A stretch of 64,000 nt of DNA from contig CDPCPM010000012.1 of assembly GCA_976551045.1 (NCBI GenBank), positions 2,356,001-2,420,000 on the forward strand, written 5' to 3'. The stretch comes from Glaucostegus cemiculus (taxonomy: Eukaryota). The number at the start of each line of letters is the position of its first letter. The stretch's first letter is position 1. The notes under the pieces are model-generated. The model was not told the origin of the DNA, ran no database searches, and was given only the letters and a program-made list of their open reading frames with translations. The position numbers were made by a program, and so were the translations under genes. Shown piece by piece: positions 51,111-64,000 of the stretch.

Positions 51111-54100
51111 CTTCCACACTCCTCATTCTCTCACCTTTTGCAGCTCTTTCTACTGTCTTCTGCCCTTCACACTGTTAACCCATATCCTCCCATACCAAAG
51201 TCAGACTGCCATACCAGTGAGGATTGCAAGGGTCCGTTGCTGTGTGCTAACACTATGATTTGCTGAATGAGTTTATCATGTGGTAAGTTAAGAAATGGGG
51301 CAGGCAAGCTCCTCAAAGTGTTTCTAGAGCAAGTACAGATTCCTTGTTTACATTTTATAATGAGTTCTTTTTTAATATATCCTGTAGTACAATGTTCACT
51401 AATGGAGAAACGTATCCAATAAGGCAGATGTGGAAAGAATGCACACCTCCACTTTAGAAAGGCAATAGTTGGCTCCGAATTCTGTGCCTTTGAAAAATAT
51501 TGGAGGTGAAATGTGTAACAAATGTGGTAGACAATTTGAAACAGTATGGTCTACTTTTATCAACAAGAGCAGAGGGACAAATATAATTATAAAAACAGAC
51601 CCAAGATGTGGAAATGTTTCTGTTACTCAACTACCTGAGGGAGCAGAAATGACATATTTGATTGAATTTTAATCATTTTTGAAACTATAAAAATGGAAAC
51701 CACATCAACCCAACACTTAGAATCAGTCCAAACGTTCGGCCCTGGCAACAGTTTTTAAGTGCTTGAAACTCTGAAGCCATCAAAAAATCTTGTGTTAAAA
51801 TGTGCTTACAATGATCTTGATATTTAATAAGAAAAAATATCTTTCAGTGAAAATTTTTCACACTTTCAAGGTGTTTGAACAGGTGGGAAGGTGATCCGGC
51901 AACATGTGTTTTCCCTTTTCCATTTTTGCAGGAAACCAGGTTCAATTCTTAAAGTCACTTCCAATAAATTTGACCTATGGCACACCAGTTTTATTAATGC
52001 ATCGGTATAAAGAAGGATTTAGTTTAAATGTTAAGACCTATTTCTACTTGGGGTTCATCCTTTACACATTTGTTCCGATAGTCTTTTAAACCAAGTTTAA
52101 ATTTGGACCTACATGACTGCTTTTAAAAGACTTACAAGAAAAAAACAGCTTTTCTCCCCCTTAGATTGGAGGATTTTAGTATCACATGATCACATTAGTA
52201 GGAGGATGAAGGTGGAAGCTGTTTACGGTTTGTCACCTCTATTGAAGAGGAGGCAGGCAATGGTTCCACAAACACAAAAGGAACAGTTTTAACTCCCAGC
52301 AGGAATGGAATGCAATTTGTGCAGGAGCCTGAGTTGAAGGCCCGCAGATTTTAACCATTAAGATTTAATTTGAATGTTGTCAGCCAGCTGCCTGACCATT
52401 TATGCAGAGAAAGCAACTGATTGGTGGGGGACGAGGTGTTTTGGAAAGTCCACATGCCACCCACGCAGTTACACTGGCAGCATAACAGATAATCATGAAC
52501 AGAAGGTTTCTTAATAATTAGATTCACATGAGAAATTTGCATCACATTAAGTTTTTTTTAACCTAAATCACAGATATTTGTAAAAATTCACACTTGGTGA
52601 GTGCAGTGCAAGCAAGGAGAGGGGGAAATATCTTGGACTGGGGAGGAGAAAACAGGTGAGGTTTGCCAGCAATCTCAATCCAATTTAAGGAAAGTTCATT
52701 TTGGGAATGTTCTCTAAGTACCAGGTCAAGTTCAGTGGTGAGAATTATACATCCATATTTGTCTGGCATTCACTGTCCAGCTCAGGGATTAAAAATGACC
52801 AGTTGGATCACTTGGCTTGCTTTTGAATACTCAAGTCACAGCCTGCAGGAAAGGAGGGATAAGGGGACAGAACTGACAGAAATACATTTCCTTTTATATT
52901 ACGCTCTGATACTGCAAGGAATTGTTAAAGCCAGAAAGTTGAGTGCATTTTTCTTTTCCTAAATAGGAATGTCTGAAACACATGGTGGTACATTTAAAAC
53001 AAGCACTGTTTATTCTATACAGGGTACTTCCAACTGTGTAAAATTAAAAATGCTGTGGAGAGAAGAGGTATACAAATCTGGTCTTTGTCAGGAGTCGCAA
53101 AGAATTAATGAAACAATTAATTAGGTTTGCATTTTGAAAGCCAAAAGATACAAAATTCTTTTTAAAACCACTGTTGCTATAACAAAATGACTTTCATTAC
53201 TGAGTTCTAATGAACTCAAGTTAATGTGTTCCCTGTCAGATTTCCAAATACCTTTCTTACGTTGTAGCATTTCTTGAAAACCAATACCAAGAAAACATTT
53301 ACTTGGTACATATTATTATGATCTAGAGCTGGCATCAGATCAATTAACTCCTCCAGAACACAGACTTAAACAACCCCATTACATTACATGATATTACCAA
53401 TAATAAATTCAAGAATGACTTCTTCATATCTGAATCCACAACACCAGTATCTATGCTTGCAAAAGCTGGCTCTAGTACAGAAACTGCTGGGCCTAACTCT
53501 GCTACATTTGGCTGCATCCTTAGCCACCTCTGAAGTGTTACATTACCCTTATAATATTCAAGTGAGGCACTTATGGCAAGATTTTCATTGGCAGTTAAAA
53601 TTCCCTTCACAAACATGGGTTTACAGGCATCCTGAAACTTGCCATTTAAGGGAAGGTGAAAAGAATCATTGGGTAATTCATGGGACGAATTAAAAATCAC
53701 AACATTGACATCAATACATACTGAAACAAGTGCTTACTATTGCTTTCTCACCTCCTGTTTGGAAACCATTTGTTAAGAATATTGTGTTGAAGAACTTCCT
53801 AAGATTGAATCTCAGATGAGAAGCAAGATGACCAGCAGCAATCATTGGTGGAGCAACTTGAGATGGTCACCAGAGGGAGCGGCAATGTATTGTTTTCACA
53901 GGAGCCACTCCCTGTGCAGTGTAGACATAAATAAAGACAGTCCAATATTTATTAATATCTATATTTTAACTTCTAATTGATCCCATTAATTACCTCATGA
54001 TTTGTCTCACCTTTCTTTCAATGGTGAGATTCAGAAAGCCTGGGAAATCATATTTATGATGGTAAATTTAATTGTCAGCAAAATATCTTGTCATGCATGC

Positions 54101-54462
54101 AAAGAAAACACTTCAAATATTTTTGTTTTCACACTTTGTAACATTTACAGATGAGCGCTGAGCCCAATTATTTCTAAGGTTTACAGACAAGCTTCTGTCA
54201 GTGCTATAGGCTACACCAGTTATAATGTGGTAACCAAGAGTGTTTTGTCTTTTTTATCCTAAATTAAATCTTTCTTCAAAAGGACTTCAAAATGAGGAAT
54301 AACAGGGACTTGCAATGAATCTAGCCTTCCCACTCACATCGAACAATGGGGTTGTTAATTCTGGTTAAACATAATGCTGGAGGTTCAAAAACATATAACA
54401 ACCACAACATCAAATATGTTAAATTTTTCTGTCAAAAAAAAACTGTGGGAAGAATTATAATA

Positions 54463-54615
54463 CAAAGCAAAAAGTGTTAGAAGTATTCAGCAGGTCAGCC
54501 ACAAACTGTGGAGGCAGAAACAGTTCAAGTTTAATTGTCTTTAATCGGAACTGAGCACTTCTAGCAGTTTCTGTTTTTATTCCAGTTTTAGAGTACCTGA
54601 AGTATTTTGCTTTTA
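54463..54615. mobile_element. Very old PLE tail fragments in opposite orientations
   Basis: GTGTTAGAAGTATTCAGCAGGTCAG...TGTGGAGGCAGAAACAGTT followed by CTAGCAGTTTCTGTTTTTATTCCAG...GTATTTTGCTTTT. Confidence 0.45.
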
Positions 54616-56712
54616 TGACAAAATCAAATCAGTCTGAGTAACCTAATTCTTATTTTTGAGCTATTGCTGAAATGTATTTTCCTCAATTAAGAGAACATCT
54701 TTCACACTTCCACATCTTCTCACTCTCACACTCTTCACTTTTTACTCACCTTCCCTGTTTTCCAATCACATTCCTAATTTTTCCCTTCTCTGATTATTAG
54801 CATTTTCCTTTGCTTTTCTATGATGCCATCCTTAGCCTATGATAGCTACCCTGGCAGAAGTGGATGTGATGAAGGGTCAGAGTTCAAGATAATGATATTC
54901 AGAATAATCATATTTAAACAAGTGTTTATTGCTGTACACAATCTGATACCAACAAAAAAGATCTTTTTTCTAACTTCATACTGCAATTCATCAAGTAACA
55001 CCTTGACAATAATTTGTGGAAACATCATTAATATCCAGTTTGTTTCATATGTAGGCTTAAGGATGCAACTGAAATTTCTATATGCCACGAATTGCTTTAC
55101 AAAGGAACTGCTTAAAATTATTAATTAATCTTTCAATGAACATATCAACTAGAAGTGAAAATACATTTGTTATGGGAAATATTAATTTCCCAGATAAGAT
55201 TTTCAGCATGGTCTTATTCTCATATTGTTACACATAAAACATTTCATCTATGTGAATCCACAACCCAATGCACAGATTAATAATTTGCTGACAAATGTGG
55301 AATTGAAAAAGACAAATGGCAGGAATTTGCTGGGAAATTTGCTGCCAAATTGCTGACAATGCTCAGCATAAATGCCAAACAAATGTGGAAGTCCCAAACT
55401 TGCTAGGGGGTCTTCACTATCATCTTACAAAATGTATTCCAATAACAGACTTGGTGGAGTGAAAACTTGATGCAAAGCCTCAACATTTATACTGATGAAC
55501 CTGTATCTGTTAGACCCGGTGCAAAAAACCTGGGGCTATTTGTTTCATTTGACTGGAATAAATATGAGAGACAAGGATTTTGATGAATTTACACTTTTTG
55601 AAATAACTTGAGCTTTCTTAAAAATTGTAATTGTTTCCATGTTTTTTGTTGCAGTTTTAAAATACTTAATAATTTTATGTTTTTACTTGTTTGATTTTCG
55701 ATAGGTTTGAATCCTTTTAAATTTTACTGAATGTCAGGAAAATTCAGTAGCACGCTGGCTTGACAGCCAGCTGGAGCCTTGGCATATGGCTTAGCCAGCT
55801 GTGAAAGTTTGTTTCAACCATTTCATGCGCAGCGTTTCTGACCAACCCACGTGACTATATTTTGCATGCAAGGTTTTACTGCTGTCTAGAGTCTTGCCAT
55901 GGCTTTGGATAACAAGTTGACATTGGATAGCCGTACAAGTTAAGAACAGATGTATCATGCAGGTAAGCAGGGAGTGTGGGTGCTTTTCACTAACAACAAA
56001 GTCTGGCCGTTCATAATTGATAAAGTGAGCTGCATGGAGAAAGATTAAAATCAGTCAACGTTTGCTGAGGTAGTAACATAAAACCTACAAAATTATACAA
56101 ATTATCTGCACCAAAATATTTCCTGATGTACTGTTTAGATCACGCACTGCATCCAGAGACATGTAAATGCTTTATGGATTGTTCTCTGGAGTTAGGTTGG
56201 TAAGAAAGGAACTCATGGTGAAAGACTTCATCGTCCTTCTAGAGCTGGCCATATTTTAGTACAATTGCTTTAAAATAACTGGAAAAAATACTTCACTGAA
56301 TTTCTTTTATTGGCTGTGAATGGTGGAAAATGTGCTATTTGAAGAGGGTACTGAGATTTCCCCCAGTGCACAGTAGGGATTCACACTAAATTAGTTCTCA
56401 CAGAACACTGTTTTAGACAACAAAGCTAGCAGCAGGCTGCAAGTATTTTACACAATGGTTTTCCTTTGTAACCCAGATGTAGGAGAAAAGGAACTGGCTA
56501 AGACTGTGATATCTAGTTTGGTTTGGGTCCGCCTACCTTGGTTTCAGGGAACTTGAAGCTAGCTTGCTCCCACACTTTTTTTTTAAATAACAAGTAAAAT
56601 TGCTTATTTCAACCAGGATTTGGAAGTGATTTTGCTTCAGCAATGCATAATTGTTTACATTTTTCAGAACAAAAATCAATCATGTAAGATTGGAGGCAAT
56701 ATATTATGAGAG

Positions 56713-56967
56713 ATTAAATTAAAATTAAATTTTATTTACAGCATGGTAACAGGCCCTTCCGGCCCAATGAGTCCGCACCACCCATTTTAAACCCAAATTA
56801 ACCTACCCATATGTCTTTGGAATGTGGGAGGAAACTGGAGTACCTGGAGGAAACCTATGCAGACACAGGAGAACGTACAAACTCCTTATAGACAGCAATG
56901 GGAACCGAACCCCGATCGCTAGCATTGTAATAGCTTTGCACTAACCACTACACTACCATGCCACCCC
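56713..56967 (-). mobile_element. V-SINE (HE1-like): tRNA-derived head, V domain and CR1-derived tail
   Basis: Minus head GGTGGCATGGTAGTGTAGTGGTTAG...GGGGTTCGGTTCCC (A/B boxes); V domain seen on plus as TGTGGGAGGAAACTGGAGTACCTGGAGGAAACC; tail GGGCCGGAAGGGCCTGTTACCATGCTGTA plus AT-rich repeats. Confidence 0.85.
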
Positions 56968-57411
56968 ATGCTGTATGATCCTGTCAAGGAATGGTTAATT
57001 AAGTATATGGGACCTGGGACCTGAATTTACACTGTGGCCGAACGTTCAATGTTGGCATAGTTGGAGGTGGGGTGTCCTGCTGGCTGCTCATTTAACTCTA
57101 GTTAGTCCTTGTCCTGTGCGATTGGCCCCTGGAAGTGTAGAGGAGGGAGAAGGAGGGAAAGAAGAGTGGAAGTCCCTGGGAGGGAACAGAATATTGCAGG
57201 TTTGAAGCTGGTCATTGTCTGTGGTATAAGATGCTGTCTTAAGACATAAGCCTTCAGTTATTTAATGAGTAAGGAGGGCAGGCTCCTCAAGCATTAGACC
57301 AAGTGTTTGGTACGGTAGTAGCTATATAACAATAAAGTTGGTACTGGGCAAAGGAGAAATCTACCCAATCCAAAGAATGAGGCAAAGCAAGATTAAATAT
57401 CAGTGTTATTC

Positions 57412-57943
57412 CCATAAGACGTAGGAGCAGAATTAGGCCACTCAGCCCATCGAATCTGCTCCACCATTTAATCATGGCTGATTTATTTTTCTCTCTCAAG
57501 CCCATTCTCCTGCCTTCTCCCCATAACCTTTGACCCCAATATTAATCAAGAACCTATCAATTTCTGCTTTAAATATACCAATGACTTGTCCTCCACAGCC
57601 ATCTGGGGCACTGAATTCTGCAGATTCACTACCCTCTAGCTAAAGAAATTCCTCCTCATCTCTGTTCTAAAGGTACGCTCTTTGATTCTGAGACTGTGCC
57701 CTCTGGTCCTAGACTCTCCCACTACTGGAAACATCCTATCCACGTCTACTCTATCCAGGCCTTTCAATATTGGGTAGGTTTCAATGAGATCTCCCCTCCT
57801 CCTTCTAAACGCCAACAAGTACAGGCCCAGAGCCATCAAGTGCGCCTCATACATTAACCCTTTCATTCCCAGGATCATTCTTGTAAAGCCACTCTGGACC
57901 CTTTCCAGTGCCAGCACCTCCTTCGTCAGATACAGGGCCCAAA
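57412..57943 (-). mobile_element. CR1 LINE 3' end
   Basis: ORF LALERVQSGFTRMILGM...RRRGDLIETYPILKGLDRVD...ESRTRGHSLRIK...EMRRNFFS followed by a CR1 tail. Confidence 0.9.
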
Positions 57944-58220
57944 TGATAGCTTTAACACAGCTTCTTTTTGCAATGTGCCTGCAAACAGTGTTTTTTTCAA
58001 AATCTTGTTTTACTCCTGCTATTCAAATTCCAGGGGCCTCTGAATCAATGCTTTTCTGAGGAAAATGCTATTGAGCAGTGCAAACCATGCAGGTGGTGCT
58101 TGCACACTGGGTCTGAACTACTTTTCTGTTCTCATTGTGTTTGGTGGACATGAGTTCCTCTTGTAAATGGCAGTGGAATTTCAAGTTGGAGAAATCTCTG
58201 AATTATCCTCAAGCTAGAAT

Positions 58221-59495
58221 CAGAATCAGAATCAGAATCAGTTTTATTGTCACAACCATATACATACATAGTATGCATAGGAGCGAGATACCGTCCTCCT
58301 CAGGTGCTCGTCCCATAAAATAACATAACAACCAACAGAGACTCACATACACACTTGACAGAATAAACATTAAAAAACATTAAACATTAAAAGATACGGA
58401 AGTTAAAATTAAATTAGTACGCAGATTAAAATTAAAAATGACCGGTAAATAAATAAATAGTTATTAAAGTGAACGGGCTGGTGTCGGGCATTTAAAGTGC
58501 TGGTGCATTTCTGTGCACCTAGCATCTCTTAGTGTTAACAAAGGAAGATGGAGGGATGAGAGAGTTTGCAGTTCTGATGGCTTGCGGAAAGAAGCTATTG
58601 TTCAGCCTGGTCGTTCTTGCCCTGATACATTTAAGCCTCCTCCCTGATGGCAAAATTGTGAAGAGGTGGTGGGAGGGGTGAGAAGGGTCGGCCATTATGC
58701 TTTTGGTCTTCCTCACACAACGGTCTTTGTATATGTCTGCGAGGGATGGAAGCGAGACACCTATGATCCTCTCCGCAGCCCTAACTATCTTCTGGAGGGA
58801 CTTCTGCCCAGCAGCTGAGCAGCTTCCAAACCAAACAGTGATACATTGAGTTAGGATGCTCTCAATGGTCCCCCTATAGAAGGTTTTCATGACGGAGGGA
58901 TGGGGGTACGCTTTCCTCAGTCTCCGCAGGAAGTAGAGGCGTTTCTGAGCTTTCTTCGTGAGGGCCGTAATGTTAGTGGACCAGGTCAGGTCGTCGGTGA
59001 TGTGCACCCCCAGGAACTTGGTGCTGCGTACTTGTTCCACAGCAGACCCGTTGATGGTCAGCAGGGCGTGCACACGGTAACCCCTCCTAAAATCCACTAT
59101 CATCTCCTTGGTTTTATCCACATTCAAGGAGAGGTTGTTGTCATAGCACCACACGGCTAGTTGTTTCACCTCCTCTCTGTAGTCCGACTCATCGTCATTC
59201 GTGACAAGACCCACCACTGTCGTGTCATCTGCAAATTTAACAATGCGGTTGGAGCTGGATCTGGCCTCACAGTCGTGAGTCAACAAGGTGAACAGGAGCG
59301 GACTGAGCACACAACCCTGTGGGGAGCCAGTGCTCAGTGTGATGGTGCCTGAGGTGTTTTCACCAATTTTGACTGACTGCGGCCTGCAAGTTAGAAAATC
59401 CAGTATCCAGTTGCAGAGAGGAGAGTTAATGCCCAGAACGCTCAACTTCCTGATTAGCTGTTGCGGGATGATGGTATTGAAAGCGGAGCTGAAGT
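58221..59495 (-). mobile_element. Young 5'-truncated Rex1/Babar LINE with (GATTCT)n tail and TAGAAT target duplication
   Basis: (AGAATC)4 at 58216-58239; TAGAAT at 58215-58220 and 59495-59500; CpG-rich relative to flanks. Confidence 0.92.
58519..59445 (-). CDS. Uninterrupted RT C-terminal half + DUF1891 frame of the Rex1/Babar copy (truncated, not a complete gene)
   Basis: 308 aa without stops: [78 protein letters not shown]. Confidence 0.75.
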   Translation of the reverse strand: MSVLGINSPLCNWILDFLTCRPQSVKIGENTSGTITLSTGSPQGCVLSPLLFTLLTHDCEARSSSNRIVKFADDTTVVGLVTNDDESDYREEVKQLAVWCYDNNLSLNVDKTKEMIVDFRRGYRVHALLTINGSAVEQVRSTKFLGVHITDDLTWSTNITALTKKAQKRLYFLRRLRKAYPHPSVMKTFYRGTIESILTQCITVWFGSCSAAGQKSLQKIVRAAERIIGVSLPSLADIYKDRCVRKTKSIMADPSHPSHHLFTILPSGRRLKCIRARTTRLNNSFFPQAIRTANSLIPPSSFVNTKRC

Positions 59496-59861
59496 AGAAT
59501 TCCCCTGACCTAACATTAACAATGGAAAAATTGAAATTAACCCATTGTATTTCCTCACCTACAGCTGCCCATCAATCACGTCGATTTCAGAGTCTAGGGT
59601 TTCTGAGGTTGACACAGCTAATCAGATGCTTCCTGAAATGAGGCCAATATGTATTTTTATGTATTGAGACAGGTTTCCCATGATACTGCTTGAAATAATT
59701 GACAGAAAGATTTACATTTATTTGGCACCATTCATGACATCACTCCCCCATGCCAATATTACGTTCCTGAAGTATCAGATGTGTTCTCCTTTTATTCCAG
59801 TTTTAGGCAAGTTAAGCTGGTTGGGAGCATCATTTATTTTTTAAAATTGCAAAACAAAGAA

Positions 59862-60146
59862 GTGGTACCATAATAATTAAGTTACTGGACTGGTATCCAG
59901 ACGCCTGGTCTAACAATCCAGAAATGTGAGTTCAAATCCCATCAGGACAGCTGGGGAAATTAAATTCGGTCAATAGTGCAGTGCAATTCATAAAAAAAAG
60001 CTGGAGTCGATATTGGTGACTATGAAACTATTGAACTGTTGCAAAGTCCATCTGGTTTTCTAATATCCTTCCGCTGTCCTGCCCTATATATGACCCACCA
60101 ATGCCCTTGGGCAACTTGGGATGGGCTATAAATGTTAGTTAGCCGA
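59862..60146 (+). mobile_element. Bipartite tRNA-headed SINE sharing head and tail with a CR1-group LINE family
   Basis: B box GAGTTCAAATCCC (59928-59940) and CCATCTGGTT are shared with 61652-61920; tail GGGCAACTTGGGATGGGCTATAAATG is shared with the reverse complement of 26595-26632. Confidence 0.65.
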
Positions 60147-61651
60147 TATTTTATGTATAAATATGAAAATCACAAGATAAATAATGCTAAGTTTAACAAT
60201 TCAAGCCCTTTTTGAAGACTTTTTGAAGTATCAAGCATGATAAAATTGTCGTGCCTGACTGGGTTAGATTGTTACCTAAGAAATAAATGTGAAAATGGCA
60301 TGTGCATGATCAAAGATTCTCTGTGTAGATAAACATATCATCTTAGAGTTCATTCAAAATAGATTCCAAATGGTGTACTTACAAAAAAGACTGCTATTCA
60401 GAGATACCTCATCTGATTCACAACCAGAGTACTCCTTGTTCTAATAAAATTTGTTGATTTGATGTGAGAGATAAAATTATGTTTTTATTTTTTCAGATGA
60501 TGCCTGGTGCTGTGGATTTTCTTGGGGTCTCCTTTTCTCTAGACACTTCACAATTTAATACAAGACAACCGGGACTTCATATGGAATTGCTGGCACGTAA
60601 TGTTATAGGAAACCTCTTTTCTCCCAAAGAATTTGCTTTGCAAAGCTGCGTGGATTTAAGATTTTCATCTTGTTTTTAAATAGACCGTTTGTGTCAAGTT
60701 GGTGATTGCACTGTTTCAGTAGCGTTGCGCTTCCTTCCATCTACATATTGGCCCAGAATGTGTCATTCTAATGACGGCCAGACCGTCAGCATGTGTTGTC
60801 ATCACTGAGTAAAACTGACAGCAACTTCCGTGATCTCCACAGGCACAGTTAAACATGGAAAGTCCATGAACTGTTGTCATTTATACCTTATTTCTCCAGA
60901 GAGTGAACTGTTACAGTTTTCACAGATGCAATCAACTCAGAACCTAAATAATGTGGTGTATGTTACTTTTTTATATATAAAATTTTCTAACAATAAAAAA
61001 TATTGAAAGTATCAAGTCACATTGAATGAGGTGTTACTGAAGTTTTAAAGGGCTACATATTTAAATTCTGTTCTTTATCAAAGGTACAAAAACAACTCCT
61101 CTGGCTCTGAAAATGAATGTTCATAACAGTGTAATTTCATTATCTCCAATCATAAAAATAGGTTTCAGAAAAAACTTAAAAATAAAATGTTAATATGTTT
61201 TCTTCCAGTTATATAACAGTTCCAGTTATATAATCCCATTTCTGTGTCCATATCTTTATTTTGCATTCCACAAAAATAATTAAAAAGTGATTTTTTTTCT
61301 TCCTGGTTTGTTGTACGCAGCAATTCTTTAGTTTGGTTGGCTGAACATTGTTTTTGTATGGTGGACGATCTGGAGATGGTGGCAGGCTGAAAGCAGGAGG
61401 AAATAAATTTCATGAAATTCTATAAAATTTTAAGATCCTTCTAGGTTAGCAGCAAGTATTGTCCCTTTGCCATTGATACCAAAATCATTACCGTTATTTA
61501 AATTATAAATAATTTATGTGTGGCTACCTGTGGTGTAACAGCAAGTTATTCATCCTTGCAGAAGTTGTGAGAGAATATAATGGAGAACTCAGATGGACTC
61601 AGGTAGACACAATTCAATCAGGATGCTAGCCTGATGGAGTAGGTTGGGTGG

Positions 61652-64000
61652 ACGGCGCAATGGCACGGTGGTATTACCACTGGATTAATAATCTAGATAC
61701 CCAGGGCAAACTCCTGGGGAACTGAGTTCAAATCCCACCCACAGCAGATGCTGATAGATTTAAATTTGAATTCTGGACTTATAAAGTCTAATGATGACCA
61801 TTGGTGATTATTGTAAAGACCTATCTGGTTCACAAATGGAGAAAATCTGCCATTCTTACCTGCTCTGGTCTACATGTGACTCCAGACCCACAACAATATG
61901 GTTGACTCTGAATTGTCCCAGCAAACCATTCTGTTGTAACAAACAGCTAGAAAGCCACGTAACCTGGAATCGACCTAAGTACCAGAAATGACAATGGCAA
62001 AAACTGTCCTCCCGACCCTGTAGAGTGCTCCTTACCTCTGGGGGCTTGTGCCAATATTGGAGAGCTGTCCCACAGATTAGCCAAGCCACAGCTTGACATA
62101 GTCATGCTCATGGAATCATGCCTTACAGTCAACATCCCAGGCACCACCACCTCCATCCCGATGGCACTGTGGCATACAGTCGAGAGGGAACTGCTCTGGC
62201 AGTTCTTAATGCTGACTCTAGATCCCATGAAATCTAATGGCATCAGAGCTAAACTTGGGCAAAGAAATCTTCTGCTGATTATTATCTACTGATCCCCTTG
62301 GCTGATACATTAATACTACTCCAGGTAGAACACCACTTGGAGGAAGTACTGAGAGTGGCAAAAGCACAGAATGTACTCTAGGTGGGGGACTTCAATGTTC
62401 ATCACCAAGAGTTGCTCAGTAGCATCACTACTGACTGAGATGGCCAAGTACTAAAAAATATTGCTGCTATATTGGGTCTGCAGCAGGTGGCAAGGGAACC
62501 AACAGAAGGGAAAAACTTACTTGATCTCACCCTCACCAATCTACCTGTTGCAAATGCAACTGTCCACAACAATATCAGTAGGAGTGACCACCACACAGTC
62601 CATGTGGATATGAAATCTTGTCTTCACAATGAAAATACACTTCATTAAGTTGTGTGGTACTACCACCATGCTGAATTGGACAAATAGCAAACAGATCTAT
62701 CAGCTCAGGACTGAGCATCCATGCGGTGCTGAGAGCCATCAGCAATAGCAGAATTGTACTCAGCCACAATCTGCGAACTCATGGTCTGGCATTTCCCAGT
62801 CTACCATCACCATCAAACCAGGGAATCAAGTCTAGTTCAATGAAGAGTGTTGGAGGGAATGGCAGGAGCAGCACCAAGTATACTTCAGAATGAGGGTTCA
62901 ACCTGGCAAAGCTGCAAGACAGGACTACTTGCATGCCAGACAACATCAACAGCATGCAATAGACAGAGCTATGTGATCACACAACTTACAGATCAGATCT
63001 AAACTCTGCGGAGCTGTCACAGCCAGCCGTGAATGGTGGCAGACAATTAAATAACTCACTGGAGGAGCAGGTTCCACAAATATCCCCGCCCTCAACAATG
63101 GTTGAGCCCAGCATATCAGTGCAAAAGAGAAATCTGAAGCATTTGCAAGAATCTTCACCCAGAAGTGCTGAATGGATGATCTATCTCAGCATCCTCCAGT
63201 GGTCCCCAGCATGCTAGATGCCAATTTGATTCACTCCACGTGATATCAAGAAATGGCTAAAGGCATTGGATACAGCAAAGTCCATGGGCCCTGACAACAT
63301 TCGGCAACAGTACTGAACATTTCAGCTCCAGGACTTTTGGTGCCTTTGGTTTGGTTGCTCCAGCACAGCTACAACACTGGCATTGTGAATGTGGAAAACT
63401 GGCCAGGAATGTTCTGTTCACAAGAAGCAGGACAAATCCAACCCAGCCAAATACAACCTCAATTCGTCAACTCCTGAACATCAGCAAAATGACGGAAGGG
63501 GTAATGGATAGTGCTATCAAGTGGCACTTGCTTGGCATTAATCTACTCCCAGAAATTTAGTTTGGGTTCCACTAAAGTCACTCAGCCCTTCATTACAGCC
63601 TTGGTCCAAATATGGACAAAAAAGCTGAACTGTAGAGGTAAAGTGAGAGTAACTCCCCTTGATAATAAGACAGCATTTGATCAAGTATGGCATCAAGCAG
63701 TCGTGGCTAAACTGGAGTCAATGGGAATCAGGGGAAGAAGCCTCCACTGGTTGGAAGCATACCAAACACAAAGGTAGATGGCTGTGGTAGTTGGGGGTCA
63801 TCATCTCAGCCACAAGGCATCTCTGTAGGGGCTCCACAGGGTACTGTCCCAGGCCCAACCATCTTCAGCTGCTTCATCAATGACCTTCTTTCAATTATAA
63901 GGTCAGAAGTAGGGATATTTGCTGATGATTGTGCAATGTTCAACACCATTCATGACTCCTCATATGCAACAAGATCTGGACAATATCCAGGCCTGGGCTG
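61652..64000 (+). mobile_element. CR1-group LINE with tRNA-like 5' head and APE endonuclease + RT (decayed; runs off the window end)
   Basis: A box TGGCACGGTGG (61661) and B box GAGTTCAAATCCC (61724); EN motifs VGDFNVHH, PTEGKNLLDLTLTN, SDHHTV; RT motifs GPDNI, AFDQVWH, PQGTVPGPTIFSCFINDL, FADD. Confidence 0.85.

Noticed and set aside
60749-61520. Possible non-autonomous DNA transposon (MITE); similar blocks at 27240-27780 and 55500-56010
   Set aside because: Could not identify matching terminal inverted repeats or TSDs by eye.
61652-61745. tRNA gene (A and B boxes)
   Set aside because: No cloverleaf or oligo-T terminator; it is the head of a retroelement and recurs at 59862-59945.

Overview
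AT-rich, CpG-depleted vertebrate DNA. The repeat complement (CR1/HER1-type LINEs, HE1-like V-SINE, DeuSINE, Penelope tails) points to a cartilaginous fish (shark or ray); this is an inference. I recognise no host protein-coding exon, rRNA, tRNA gene or CRISPR array, so the window reads as a large intron or intergenic region made mostly of layered transposon fossils. These include many CR1 fragments, three ~1.25-kb Rex1/Babar LINE copies (one with an uninterrupted 308-aa frame), a 2.6-kb Tx1/L1 fragment, two solo LTRs with 5-bp TSDs and a decayed two-gene PIF/Harbinger transposon. About ten Penelope-like (PLE) tails are present, several with minimal hammerhead-ribozyme motifs, and at least two form head-to-head palindromes. 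A tRNA-headed, apparently ORF1-less CR1-group LINE sits near a bipartite SINE that shares its head and probably its tail. The most intriguing unique element is a CpG-rich 128-aa ORF (44488-44874, minus). Its C-terminal 38 residues align without gaps, by eye, to the Crypton/DUF3504 tyrosine-recombinase catalytic tail with the catalytic residues replaced, making it a candidate Crypton fossil or domesticate. Several promoter- or enhancer-like motif clusters are also noted. All family assignments come from motif recognition by eye, not database searches, and boundaries of old repeats are approximate.
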